Origin: Octopus sinensis
Lineage: Eukaryota
Length of the DNA: 64,000 bases
NCBI RefSeq assembly: GCF_006345805.1
Contig: NC_042999.1
Location: 83,452,001 to 83,516,000, forward strand
Direction of reading: 5' to 3'
The translations under genes and the position numbers were made by a program. The notes beneath the pieces are model-generated. The model worked only from the letters and a program-made list of their open reading frames with translations. It was not told the DNA's origin and searched no databases. Of this stretch, positions 13,130 through 24,587 are shown one piece after another. The stretch's first letter is position 1. Every line of letters starts with the position of its first letter.

Positions 13130-14700
13130 GCTACTGTCATCACAACTACAGCCAAATACATATAATTCCACCACCTCCAACGACTGCCGACACAACCACC
13201 ACTATCGCCACCACCACCGCCGCCGCCAACCACACTGCCACCAACAACCACCACAACAACTTTTTCAGCCACTCGACTACAGACTTTGTCCATAATACCA
13301 GCAGCAGCATTACCACCACCACCAACAACCACCACCACCACCACTACCACCACCAGCACCAGCACCACTACCACCACCACCGCTATCATCATCACCACCA
13401 ACACTATCATCACCGATGAAGGCAACAGCCCCATCACAGTCATCCATCCTACCTTTCTCCTATGCCACCATTATCATCCACACCATCTCCAGTAACCACA
13501 CCATCAGCACCAAGCACATCCTCATCACCATTCGCAACACCACCAACACCTCCACCACTAATTATGTCATCACCACTACCAACGACACCACCATCACCAC
13601 CAACTCCACTACCTCACTACCACCACCACTACCTCACTACCACCACTAATCACACCACAACCTCTAACTACACCACCAGCCTGATTACCATCCACACCGC
13701 TATCACCACCCCACCCCCACCGCTACAAAGTATACTATCACCACCACAAACTGCACCACCGCTGCTGCCACCGCCGCCACCACCACTACTACTATCACCG
13801 GTGCCACCACTGCTAAGCATACTATCACAACCACACCAGTACCACCACCCCCACCCCCACCGCTCCACCCCCACCGCTACCACCACCACCGCTACCACCA
13901 CCACCACTACCACCACCACCACCGCCTCCACCACCAGTGCGAACACTACGCCGCTACCATTGCAACTGATATAGCAGCACCATTACCACCGGTGCTATAA
14001 TCACGTCTCCACCAAAACTGGCATCAGCAATAGTATGCTTAGTTGCTATAACAACCATTATCATCATCATCATAATCACAATTCATATTACGAAGTGTTT
14101 CCATGACCATCATTACCATCACGACCAACTATAATACCAGCAGCCCCAGCAACGACACCATCATCTGTACCAGCAGCAGCAGCAACACCACCATCACCAT
14201 CACTATCATCCCCCACCCCCAACATCACTATTACTCCCTACTACCACCTCCACCACAACCAGTACTCTTCCCCCCACCCCCACTGCTACCACTTCTAAAT
14301 AATCTTATGCCAGTTGTATCAGAGCTGATAACAACACCGAAACATCACTACCACTAACGCCACCATAGTTTTTATATCTCTCACCACCACCACCACCACC
14401 ATCACTACCACCATCCCCACCACGAGTAGCAGCAACAGCATCTCTACTCCCCCCATTACCACCAACCATCTGCAATAACCTCTCCATGAATAACACCGCC
14501 ACAAACGCCACCACCATTTTCACCCTCTTCTAACGAATACTTCAACCACAACATTCAATATCACCACTGCTACCAGCACCACCGTCACTACCACTAGCAC
14601 CACAAGCATCACCATCACCATCGCCACGACGACGACGACCACCACGACCACCACCACCACCATCGCTACTACCACCGCCACCAGCGCCAAGTCACCAATA
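13130..14700. repeat. About 1.6-kb ACC/ACT/ATC-rich cryptic trinucleotide low-complexity tract
   Basis: Degenerate ACC-based triplets throughout, strongly C/A-skewed on the plus strand; overlapping low-complexity ORFs in several frames on both strands. Confidence 0.9.
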
Positions 14701-14944
14701 TTTAGCAATGCAATAATAAAAAATTAACCATATTCGAAGTCCAACACAAACGCAAACGTTGTGTGTTTAATCAAAAAATATCGCAATTCATTAAAAAAAA
14801 AATGATGGAAATTATTTAATGGAAAAAAAACTGGCAATGATTGAACTATTTAAAGGTTCAGGTAATCACATATCAAACTTCATTTCTTGTTCATTATTGA
14901 TTTCTGTTAACTAGTCATAGGGGCTAATATTGACACAGATTGAA

Positions 14945-15235
14945 TATACTTGCCAACATACTCCAACCTCTGGTCTACAGACGTGCTGTCTCTTTACTCA
15001 ACGTTTTTTTCTACCGCTACTGCAGTGGTTTCTGTGCCTCGAAGCTGGTTCATATCGCCTTTTCTCCAATCAGGCATTCGCTATTCACTCTGTTCCTTTT
15101 GTCAGCCATATTGTATCAACCTCTCTCAGACTTCTCACTAACCACAAAATCCAGCATGTTTAGCTCAAGAACGCTACTTCTCTGGAAATCTCTCCCTGCC
15201 CATGTTGTCCTTGTAGTCGCCAGTTTACAGCTGCC
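14945..15235 (+). mobile_element. CR1/Jockey-like LINE ORF2 C-terminal fragment
   Basis: LQPLVYRRAVSLLNVFFYRYCSGFCASKL...SMFSSRTLLLWKSLPAHV resembles the CR1-type terminus L..RR.VASLSLFYRY....CS.EL...SFF.RT..LWN.LP. Confidence 0.7.
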
Positions 15236-15761
15236 GAAAAGGAACATAGACCCCACATCAGTCAAATGTGTTGATCTCACCAATATGTGAAAACCCACGA
15301 ATGTGTAAGATGCTTTCCTCTCTTTTCAACAAGTGATTCTCAATCCGGGTAATCGCGTCTCCTTTTAAGCGTTGTGACTTCACAAGGGTGTTTTAAACAG
15401 GAAATAAGCTCTACAGGAAGGAAGTAACGATTCTTCCTTAGAAATAAAATATTCAAACCGGCAATAACGCATATTTTATAAACGATTCCAAAAAAAAAAA
15501 AAAAAAAAAAAAGGTAAAGCCTCTTCGAATATGAGTAGGATATTGTGTTATAGTGAGCAGAAACATGACAATAGACGCAACGAGGTCCAACATGACTTTA
15601 CTATGTAAGGACTTGCATTCTTTAGTAATTTCCATTAAAGAATTAACACAGGAGGTACCAGTCAGCGCATATTTAAAACAGATACATGGGAGATGAATTA
15701 GTTTAAGAACATATGGAATAATTTGCTACTGCGCAAAATTAATTTCTGCTTGAGTAAAAGT

Positions 15762-15855
15762 CTTCTTCTTCTTCTTCTTCTTCTTCTTCTTCTTCTTCTT
15801 CTTCTTCTTCTTCTTCTTCTTCTTCTTCTTCTTCTCCTGCTCCTCCTCCTCTTCC
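15762..15855. repeat. (CTT)n/(CCT)n microsatellite
   Basis: Read directly. Confidence 0.95.
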
Positions 15856-15877
15856 TCCCCATCATCATCGTTATGAT

Positions 15878-16080
15878 GGGAGAATCGTTAGCACACCAGG
15901 CGAAATGCTTAACAGTATTTCACTCGCCGCTATACGTTCTGAGTTCAAATTCCGCTGAGATCGACTTTGCATTTCACCATTTCGGGGTCGATAAATTATG
16001 TACTAGATGAGTACTGGGATCGATGTAATCGATTATCCCCCTCCCCCAAATTTCAGGCCTTAGGCCCATAATAGAAAGGA
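15878..16080 (+). mobile_element. SINE family A (tail type 2) followed by (ATT)/(ATC)n tail
   Basis: GAGAATCGTTAGCAC head, GAGTTCAAATTCC B-box, Meta-like core, tail GGCCTTAGGCCCATAATAGAAAGGATTATT. Confidence 0.85.
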
Positions 16081-16094
16081 TTATTATTATTATT

Positions 16095-16168
<74 letters not shown>

Positions 16169-16194
16169 TATCATAATTATTATTATTATTGCCT

Positions 16195-17560
16195 TTGCAC
16201 AGCTTCTAACGCTGGAGATGTACTACGGTGTCAGCTGTTCACAACCAATGAACTAAGGTAACACCTCTTATTTTTCGAGCACCTTCCGGAGTATTCGAGC
16301 GGTTCCAAGCAGTGCTGTTTTCTGCAAGTGCTCCACCCTTGTTGCAGCCCCTGTTTGTTCCATGTACTTCTCGAGATTTTTGCTCACTGTTCCCAGGGTT
16401 CCGACAATTATTGGCACTACTGCTACCTTTTTCATCGACAACGAAAGCTCAATTTCCCAAGCTAACCTGTCATGTCTATCGACTTTTCTTTCTTCCTTAT
16501 CGCATATCTTGTTGTCAGCTGGGCATGCTATATCTATGATCAAGTTAGTTTGTTTTCTTTCCCAATTAAGACTATGTCTGGCTTCCTATTCTCTATCTCA
16601 TGGTCGCACTGAATCATAAAATCCCACAGCATCTCTGCTTTTTTTAAATTTTCGACGATGCATTCGGGTTTGTGATCGCACCAATTTTTTGCTGTGTCCA
16701 GTCCATATTTGTTGCAAAGTGTCCATGGGAAAGCCTGGTTATATTGTCGTGGCATCTCTTACATTCCTTCTGGGATAGTGGCGTACATTGGCTGGTAATA
16801 TGCCATACGGTTTCACCATTTTGTCCACAGATTCTGCACTTATAACTTTCTGATGTGTTGTCTATTCTGTATTTTATGTAGTTTGTTCTTAGTGCTTGCT
16901 CTTGGGCAGCACAGATTAGTACCTCTGTTTCCGGTTTTAAATCACTTTAAAATTCTGTGGCATTTTTTTACATACCTTGCTATGTTGTCTTCTGCTCTAA
17001 TGCTGTGCTCGCATCCAATAACTTCTCTTCCCCTCATTTTCTTGGTACATACAGTCTGTCTGTGTCACGTTTTGCGTGGAGTGTCTCATATCTAATTAGT
17101 AGCTTCCTTGTCTTTCTGCCTAAGCTGTTTAGTTCGTCTACTGCCCATGCGATTACCGCTGCTCCATGTCTAAGGAGTGAAACAGCCCAGGTGTTGATAG
17201 CTTCAATCTTATTCCGTCCGTTTAATTTCGACTTAAGGATGAGTCTCAGTCTGCCCAAGAACTCCACCTTAAATTTTTCTGTCATTTCTTTCTCCATCAA
17301 TTTATCCATTTCCAAAATCGCCAAGTACTTATAGCCCGTCTCTTCTATCTATTTCATAACCTCCCTCGAGAGTACCGTTAGCCCGTCCATACATTAGATT
17401 TTGCCTCTCTTCAAGACTAACACACCACACTTTCTCAGTCCGAGCACCATTGTGATATCAGCACTGAAGGTATACACTGTATCAACGAGGGAACTGACTT
17501 GGGCTTCATCTTTACCATAAAGTTTGAGGTCATCCATGAATAACAAATTTTCGAATGCTC
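16195..17560 (-). mobile_element. 5'-truncated, internally deleted R4/Dong-clade retrotransposon
   Basis: Minus strand: LLFMDDLKLYGKD; YKYLAI..; LKSKLNGRNKIEAINTWAVSLLR; DRLYVPRK; a decayed knuckle; RKPDIVLIGKENK; IIDIACP; VVPIIVGTLG...LQKTALLGTARILRKVLEK*. The 3' end abuts (AAT)n. Confidence 0.9.
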
Positions 17561-17954
17561 AGGGAGAGTCAAAAAGAAAAGAAAATGAGTTGTAGATAGT
17601 AAAGTTTTAAGATTTACTGAATATAGTCTTGTGTATAAATACACAGAGAGAAATGATAGTGCTCTTAGAATAAAAAGGTGGATGATGTTTACATTTTCGA
17701 ATACTCAGGGAAAAAGGAAAGGATAGGTATTCACAGTAGTTGTAGATATTAAAGTTTTTTCCAAAAAATTCCGAAAGAAGAAGAAATTCAGAAATTCCAA
17801 AATCCAACAAGATGAACATCTCTTCCTCCTACTATCCTAAAGACGGGAATATCTACAATTTCCTGTGAATATTTTAAATCTTCCTCAAATTAAAATAAGT
17901 GAGGAAACTTACATACCTACTGCTTTCGAACACACAAACGATCAGCTTTAAAAA

Positions 17955-17988
<34 letters not shown>

Positions 17989-18044
17989 TATTATTATTAT
18001 CATCATCATCATCATCATCATCATCATTATTATCAGCATTATTA

Positions 18045-18538
18045 TTGCCTTTCTTTGGTCGGCACAGGGAGGTAATTTTCATGTCTCGTGGCTGTTGCGA
18101 AAGAGGTTGTGTGGTGGTCTAGACTGAAAGGGCTGAAGACAGGTACATTCCTCTTTGGCCTACCCATCATCAAGTTTTTCAGATTCCATCTGAAAAGGAA
18201 AGTGAGGGTTGAGAGAGAAGTGCTGACTTCCAGCAAATTTGTTGAAAGGTGGGTGAATGTGGCAAAAATAGTCAACGGGCCTACATTAAGCATGCGCTTT
18301 GGGGTTTCTAAGGCTGAGACAGAGAGAGAGAGAAAAAGATGAGGAGAGGGCTCTTGCCATAGTGGTCGGGCCGCTTGTGAATTTTTCATGGGGGCTCCAA
18401 GAGTAGCCCTGAGTTGCTTGCCTCTTTTAGACATTTTCTTTGTAATATTTTTCATTGTTATCGACTTTTGCACAAAACTTTATGTAATCCCACTTTGTCC
18501 TTATTTTTGTTGGCCCTTGTGGCAAATAATGAAAGGAT
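18045..18538 (+). mobile_element. 3' end of a Tx1/L1-like LINE (ORF2 C-terminus plus 3' UTR)
   Basis: CLVAVAKEVVWWSRLKGL...FFRFHLKRKVRVEREVL...FVERWV fits the L1/Tx1 ORF2 C-terminal pattern (K..IW..R...F...W). T-rich UTR ends TTGTTGGCCCTTGTGGCAAATAATGAAAGGA before (TTA)n. Clade assignment is from recalled motif similarity. Confidence 0.6.
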
Positions 18539-18553
18539 TATTATTATTATTAC

Positions 18554-18613
<60 letters not shown>
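18538..18613. repeat. (TTA)n tract, 3'-side target of the Dong-like element
   Basis: Read directly. Confidence 0.95.
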
Positions 18614-18617
<4 letters not shown>

Positions 18618-21600
18618 TAGTTTTATTTTTATTTTTATAGCGTGCTTTCACTTCACTACCGAGCGCAGCTCTGTGTGCCTTGGGTATGTGCTGTGATTTG
18701 TTGTGATGTTCTGATGGTTATTGTATGGAAAGTGTTCTGCGTAGGATGTGTGCAGTGCCTAGTAGTGCAATTTTCTGTATGTTATATGTGTTTGTAAGTC
18801 CTGGTGTTTTTGTTATGTATTTGTCTGAATATTTTTTATCATGCCTAATGCACCTACTATGATAGGAATTGTTTCTGTTTTCAGATTCCACATTCTAGTT
18901 ACCTCTATTTCCAGGTCTTTGTATTTTGAGAGTTTCTCCATTTCTTTTAGAGACACGTTGTCATCTGCCGGTACTGATACATCAATTAGAAAGCATTTTT
19001 TTTCTTCATGGTCTCTGACAACTATATCTGGTCTGTTGGCCTTAATTTCTCTATCTGTGTGTATCGGCATATCCCAGAGTATGGTTGCTTTCTCGTTTTA
19101 TGTGACCTTTTCTGGTGTGTGCCTATACCATCTTTTTTCTGTTGTTATTCCATAATGTTGGCATAGCTTCCAATGTATGTAGTTCCAACTCTGTCATGTC
19201 TGTGAATATATTCCTTCTTAGCCAGGACTGGGCAGCTAGAGATAATATGATTTATTGTTTCTTGTCCATCTCCACATATTCTGCAGTTACTTGTAATATT
19301 TCTTTTCATTACATGTTTTTGGTAATTTCTGGTGGGGAGGCTTTGGTCTTGTGCTGCAATTAAAAATCCCTCTGTTTCTGCTTTGAGTCCTGAGCTTCTC
19401 AACCATTGCTGGGATTTTTCTTTGTCTATTTCTTTTGCGTTTAGTTTAGTCCAGTATTTATCATGAAGGGGCTTCTCTGGCCATCGTTTTATCATGGTTC
19501 GTTGCTGTTCTATTTTTAGTTTGGATTTCATTTTTTTTATAGCTTTTCTTGTTTCTTCATCTTCTTCTTCATGTTTATTAGGTGGTATGATTTCTTGTTT
19601 GTATTTGTCAGCTTCCTTAAATACTGAGAACAGTTTTTTGTTTTGCTCGTATTTTGCCGCTATCTGGATCAGTTTTCCTTCCTTCTGAAGTAGATATTTT
19701 TGCAGTCCTATGGTGGTTATTTTATAGTAGTTTTCCAGCTGTATAAGGCCTCTACCACCTTCTATACGTTGTATATATAGTCTTTCTATGTCAGATTTTG
19801 GGTGATGCATCCTAGATCCTGTCATTATTTTTCTTGTTTTCCTGTCTATTTTGGTCAGTTCATTTCGTGTCCAGTTAAGGATATTGTAGCTGTAACTTAT
19901 AACTGGGACAGCTAAAGTGTTGATACCTATTATCTTGTTTTTAGCATTAAGCTCTGTGTTTAGTATTGATCTAACTCGTCTATAATATTCTTTTTTTATT
20001 TTCTCTTTCATTTGTGTGTGTTGTGTCTTATCTAATTCATGGATTCCTAAGTATTTGTAAGTTTGGCTTTGGTCTAATTCTTTTATTTCATTTGCTTCAT
20101 CTAGTGTGATGTTGTTACTCTTAACTAGTTTTCCTCTTTTCATGGTTACTTTGGCGCATTTTTCTAATCCAAATTTCATATCTATTTCTTTGGTGAATCC
20201 ATGAACTGTCTTTAATAGTGTTTCCAGCTGTTTGTCATTTGCAGCGTATAGTTTTAGGTCATCCATATATAAAAGGTGGCTGATCGTTTTGCCGTAACAT
20301 TTATATCCGCATCCAGTTCTATTTAGCATATCAGATAGAGGTGACAGTGCCAAGCAGAAAAGGAGTGGAGAGCGTATCTCCCTGGAATATTCCTCTTCTA
20401 ATGGGGATGTCTTTGGTTTTCATGAGTCCCTCTTTGTTTGGAGGTGTAGGACTGTTTGCCATTTATTCATAGAGTGCTCTATGAATTTTATGATTGTTGG
20501 TGCTACTTTGTTAATGGCTAGTGTTTCGAGGATCCATGTGTGGGGGATGCTATCAAACGCCTTTTTGTAGTCAATCCAGGCCATACTGAGGCCTTTCTTC
20601 TTTCTGTGGCTGTCTTCAGTTATGGCTTTATAATCATTAGTTGATCTTTACAGCCATATGAGCCTTTGCGGCATCCTTTCTGCTCTTCTGGGAACAGTTT
20701 GTTTTCGTCCAGGTGCTTGTTCAGCCTTTGTGATATCACTGTAGTAAATGCCTTGAACATAGTAGGGAGGCAGGTTATTGGTCTGTAGTTTTCTGGTTTT
20801 TCTGTTTCATTTGATTTGGGAATTAAGATGGTTTTCCCCTTCGTGAGCCATTCAGGCATTGTCTCTGGCTCTGCTAGTACGTTGTTAAAGTTTTCAGCCA
20901 GCTTTTTGTGCATTCCTGTTAGATATTTCAACCAGAAGTTGGGGATCTTGTCATGCCCAGGTGCCTTCCAGTTGCTTAGTCTTTGCAGTGCCTGGGTGAC
21001 CTCTTCAGTTGTTATGGGGGTCCAAGTTTGTTCAGATGCCGAGTTTGTTATTTTGATACTTCTTTTTTTTTGGTGGTTCGTTCGCCGACCATATTTCTCC
21101 CCAGAATTCTTCCAATTCTTCTGCCGTTGGTGCTGCAGTGACTTCTATTTTATTTTTTCCCAGTTCTTGGTAGAACTTTTTGGAGTCGGAGTTGAACTTT
21201 TTGTTCTGTTCAAAGAAGCGTTGGCGTTTCTCGTACCGGCGGATCCTTTGAGCTTTGGCAAGGATATCTTGCTTCAGCTTTTCTTTTATCTCCGGCAAAT
21301 CTTTTTCTGTGGTGTTATATTTGCGGAGCATTTTTGTTCTCTTTTTGTTGCTCAGTCGCGTTGCTTGTTTGCTGATTTCATTAAGAATCGACAGGTCTTT
21401 TCTAATTTTTTTAATTTTGTTTTGGATGTTATTTATCCACAGGGTTTGTTTGGGTGGTGGTACTCCTGTTTGGGCGGGTTTGGGTGAGTATCCAGCTTCT
21501 TTTGTGGCTGCAGTGGCTGCTGCGTATATCAAGTCATTTAGTTCAGTGATATCACTTTTTTTTGCTTCAGTGGCTAGTTCAGTGACGGCTAGGTTTATGT

Positions 21601-22789
21601 TGTTTATAATTGGTGTTGTTATTGCGTTTATTTTTATTCTTGGGAGGTATGGTCGGTGGTCCATTTTGAGCTCTGTGGTTTTTAGTTCTTTGATTATTTT
21701 ATTTTTTATATTATCATAATCATTAGGCTCCCCTTCGTTGTTTACATCGTGTTTGTTGGGAATGTTGCGTTTGTCTTCGTGTTTTACAGTTTCAGTGTTT
21801 ATATTATTGGGCATTGTTGTGTGGCTTCTATCTACATTTTCCTGGTGTATGTTTTCTTTTAGGTGTTCTATTTCTATTTCTGATATTTTTTTTGTGTTGA
21901 GAATGTATCTTCGTACGTTAGCTAATTTATTAGGGTTCATTGCTGTATCCAAGTCTATATCTCTATTATTTTCCTTCCATATTTTATATGTATGTGTTGT
22001 TGTATTTTCATTTTTTGGGTAGAGTACTGCTGTGAAGTATGCGTGTAAGATAGAAATGTATTCCTCACGTGTCCATTTACGTCTTTTGGGTTTTATTTGC
22101 GGGACATGAGGTACAACGTCCGGCCCATTATTTTGACGGTCGTCATTTTCGTAGGGTACCGGTCCGTTTATTTCTGTTGTCACATTATTTCGCACGTGTA
22201 GTTTTTCGTACATTTTTGTTGTAGGTTTAATGTACGTACCGCTCGATTGTTATTCTTGGGTTGAATAGTATCGGTGGCATTTAATTTCTTCGTAGTTCCT
22301 TTGTACATGGTGTTTGGGGTCGGAGATGATCGTGATGTTTCACGCATGTTTACATGTGTTGCGTTAGAGGTGGAGATGATATCGAGTCAAAATACATCAT
22401 TTCGTTTCGAAAATAGTAATAAATTTCAATTTGTATTACTTACTCGGATACAGTCCAATTCTTTGTTAGTAAAACTTTGGCTCCATAGGATGTCCTTGTT
22501 TTCGATGTTTGTGGATAGGTTTCGGAGCTCTGAATTTTCCTTCTTACATCTTAAAAGTACCCCGGTGTTCTCTCTCAAAAGTCCCCCGGTGTTCTCCTCT
22601 TAAAAGTCCCCCGGTGTTCTCTCTTAAAAGTCCCCCGGTGTTCTCTCTTAAAAGTCCCCCGGTGTTCTCCTCTTAAAAGTCCCCCGGTGTTCTCTCTTAA
22701 AAGTCCCCCGTTGTTCTCCTCTTAAAAGTCCCCCGGTGTTCTCTCTTAAAAGTTCCCCGGTGTTCTCCTCTTAAAAGTCCCCCGGTGTT
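18614..22789 (-). mobile_element. Near full-length (about 4.2 kb) R4/Dong-clade RLE non-LTR retrotransposon in (TAA)n
   Basis: One polyprotein split by several frameshifts: N-terminal RRKWTREEY..(Myb-like, ORF 21032-22213); WKAPGHDKIPNFW; NYRPITCLPT; EQKGCRKGSYGC; WIDYKKAFDSIPH; HLLYMDDLKLYA; YKYLGI; GGRGL; CRICGDGQETINHIISSC (CCHC); RPDIVVRD..IDVSVP..K..KY (RLE). (TAA)n on both sides, the known target of Dong elements. Confidence 0.95.
22551..22789 (-). repeat. Tandem array of about 10 monomers of 24/25 bp at the 5' end of the Dong-like element
   Basis: Plus-strand units TTAAAAGTCCCCCGGTGTTCTCTC (24) and TTAAAAGTCCCCCGGTGTTCTCCTC (25) in order 24,25,24,24,25,24,25,24,25,partial; no unique spacers. 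Confidence 0.95.
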
Positions 22790-22809
22790 TATTATTATTA
22801 TTATTATTA

Positions 22810-22896
<87 letters not shown>
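22790..22896. repeat. (TTA)n tract, 5'-side target of the Dong-like element
   Basis: Read directly. Confidence 0.95.
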
Positions 22897-22897
<1 letters not shown>

Positions 22898-23110
22898 GGC
22901 GGTGAGCTGGCAGAATTGTTAGCACGCCGTACGAGATGTTTACCGACATTTCGTCTGTCTTAGGTTCTGAGTTCAAAATCTGCTGGGGTCGATTTTACTT
23001 TTCACCTTTTGAAATCGATAAAATAAGTACCAACTGAGTACTGTGTCGATGTAATCGACTTATTGCCGCCCCCGAAATTGCTGGCGTTTTGCCAAAATTT
23101 GGAATCCTTA
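22898..23110 (+). mobile_element. SINE family A (tail type 2), followed by a decayed second copy to about 23260
   Basis: GGCGGTGAGCTGGCAGAATTGTTAG head, GAGTTCAAAATC B-box, decayed core and type-2 tail. Confidence 0.8.
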
Positions 23111-23711
23111 TTGAGGCGGACAGTTGGCTGAATCTTTAGCACATAGGACAAGATATCTAGCTGCACATCGACCGTCTTTATGTTTTTAGTTGAAATACTA
23201 CACAGACCGACTTTACCTTACATTCTCTTGAAGTCGATTCGATAGTAACAGTTGAGTACCACCACTCTCGCCACCATCTCTACCATCACAAATTTCCTCA
23301 CTACTTAAATCTCCACCAATGCTATTATCTCAACTGTCAACTTCATAACTCTCACTACACACACACATGCATAAGCGCACATACACACACCACTATGACA
23401 ACGACTGACATCAAATCACATCTCCCAAATAATCCCATTATTTGAAGTTGTTATTGTTGCTGTTTAACTTCCAGATTAACCTTGATCGACTTGATCCATG
23501 ATCAAAAGCATTCTAATCGTAACCTTCTTTTTTTTTTTTTTTTTTACTAGCGCCGTGAATCACTCCTGAAAAAAAAATGAAATGATGAACTATATTTCGT
23601 TACGTAGTGATGACGTGACTGCAGACACGCGGGTTTATCTGACGGTTGAATTAATTAACTGAATTCTAAAAACAATGAGTGGTTATGTGTTACTAATATC
23701 AACAAAACAGA

Positions 23712-23885
23712 GCGGTGGATTGGTAGAATCGTTAGCGTATTGAACAAATAAAAGCCGTGGAGTATTGATTCCGTTTCGCTGCATTCTGAATTCTGAATTC
23801 AAACCCCACCGAAGTCAATTATGCTTTTCGCCCTCCGGGGTCGCTAAAATGGATTACCAATAAAGTACTGGGGGCAATACTTAAC
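23712..23885 (+). mobile_element. Decayed SINE family A
   Basis: GAGCGGTGGATTGGTAGAATCGTTAG head; GAATTCAAACCCC; GCTTTTCGCCCTCCGGGGTCG core. Confidence 0.6.
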
Positions 23886-24519
23886 TCTGGTTCTTCCAAA
23901 GTCAGTTAACCTGCTGCTATGATAAGGGCGTGACTACTTACAATACTTCTATCCTACAAGTCAACGACTTATATTCCATTACTGTGGTTACCGAGGTTAT
24001 ACCGAAAACCATGAAGTGCCATAGTTTGTCATGATGTGCCATAGTCTGTCAGAGCTTGGGATGTTCCCCCTGCACCATTTTTACTGTAACAGGGTAAGTG
24101 GTTCTATAAGAAATAGAGCGAAGTATTGATCCTAATACTTCGTTAGTACTTTATTCTATCAACCCTAGGAAGAAGAAAAACCAAAGTAGACTTTGGCGAG
24201 ATTTGAATTTAGAATGGGGAGAGATGAAACAAGTACTGCAATGCAAAAGAAGGAGAGGAGAATGACGATGATTATGATGCTGATGATTATGATGAAGAGT
24301 AATAGTGATGATGATGATATCAATTGACATATCCAAATATATGCAACTCTGTTGGGAGACTATATTTCACCACACGTCTTCAGCAGGTGATGTTATTTAC
24401 TAACCGAAACATTTATTTCATTCTACACGCGTTGCGAAATGAAGGACAAAATTTGACCACTCTTGTACACATACACACGTGATCGAATACATATGGAGCT
24501 GCTCCCCTTGTTACGTATG

Positions 24520-24587
<68 letters not shown>

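Noticed and set aside
13286-14708. Pro/Thr/Val-rich ORFs such as 13462-13974 as mucin or extensin genes
   Set aside because: Products of triplet low complexity, open in several frames on both strands, with no splice or domain support.
20816-22022. Plus-strand ORFs of 223, 154 and 94 aa
   Set aside because: Antisense shadows of the Dong polyprotein with no independent motifs.
22551-22789. CRISPR-like appearance of the 24/25-bp array
   Set aside because: Units are contiguous with no unique spacers, there are no cas genes, and the context is eukaryotic retrotransposon.
24010-24052. Short tandem duplications (also near 8085-8112, 12263-12288, 39000-39027, 48503-48528)
   Set aside because: Ordinary slippage duplications without further structure.
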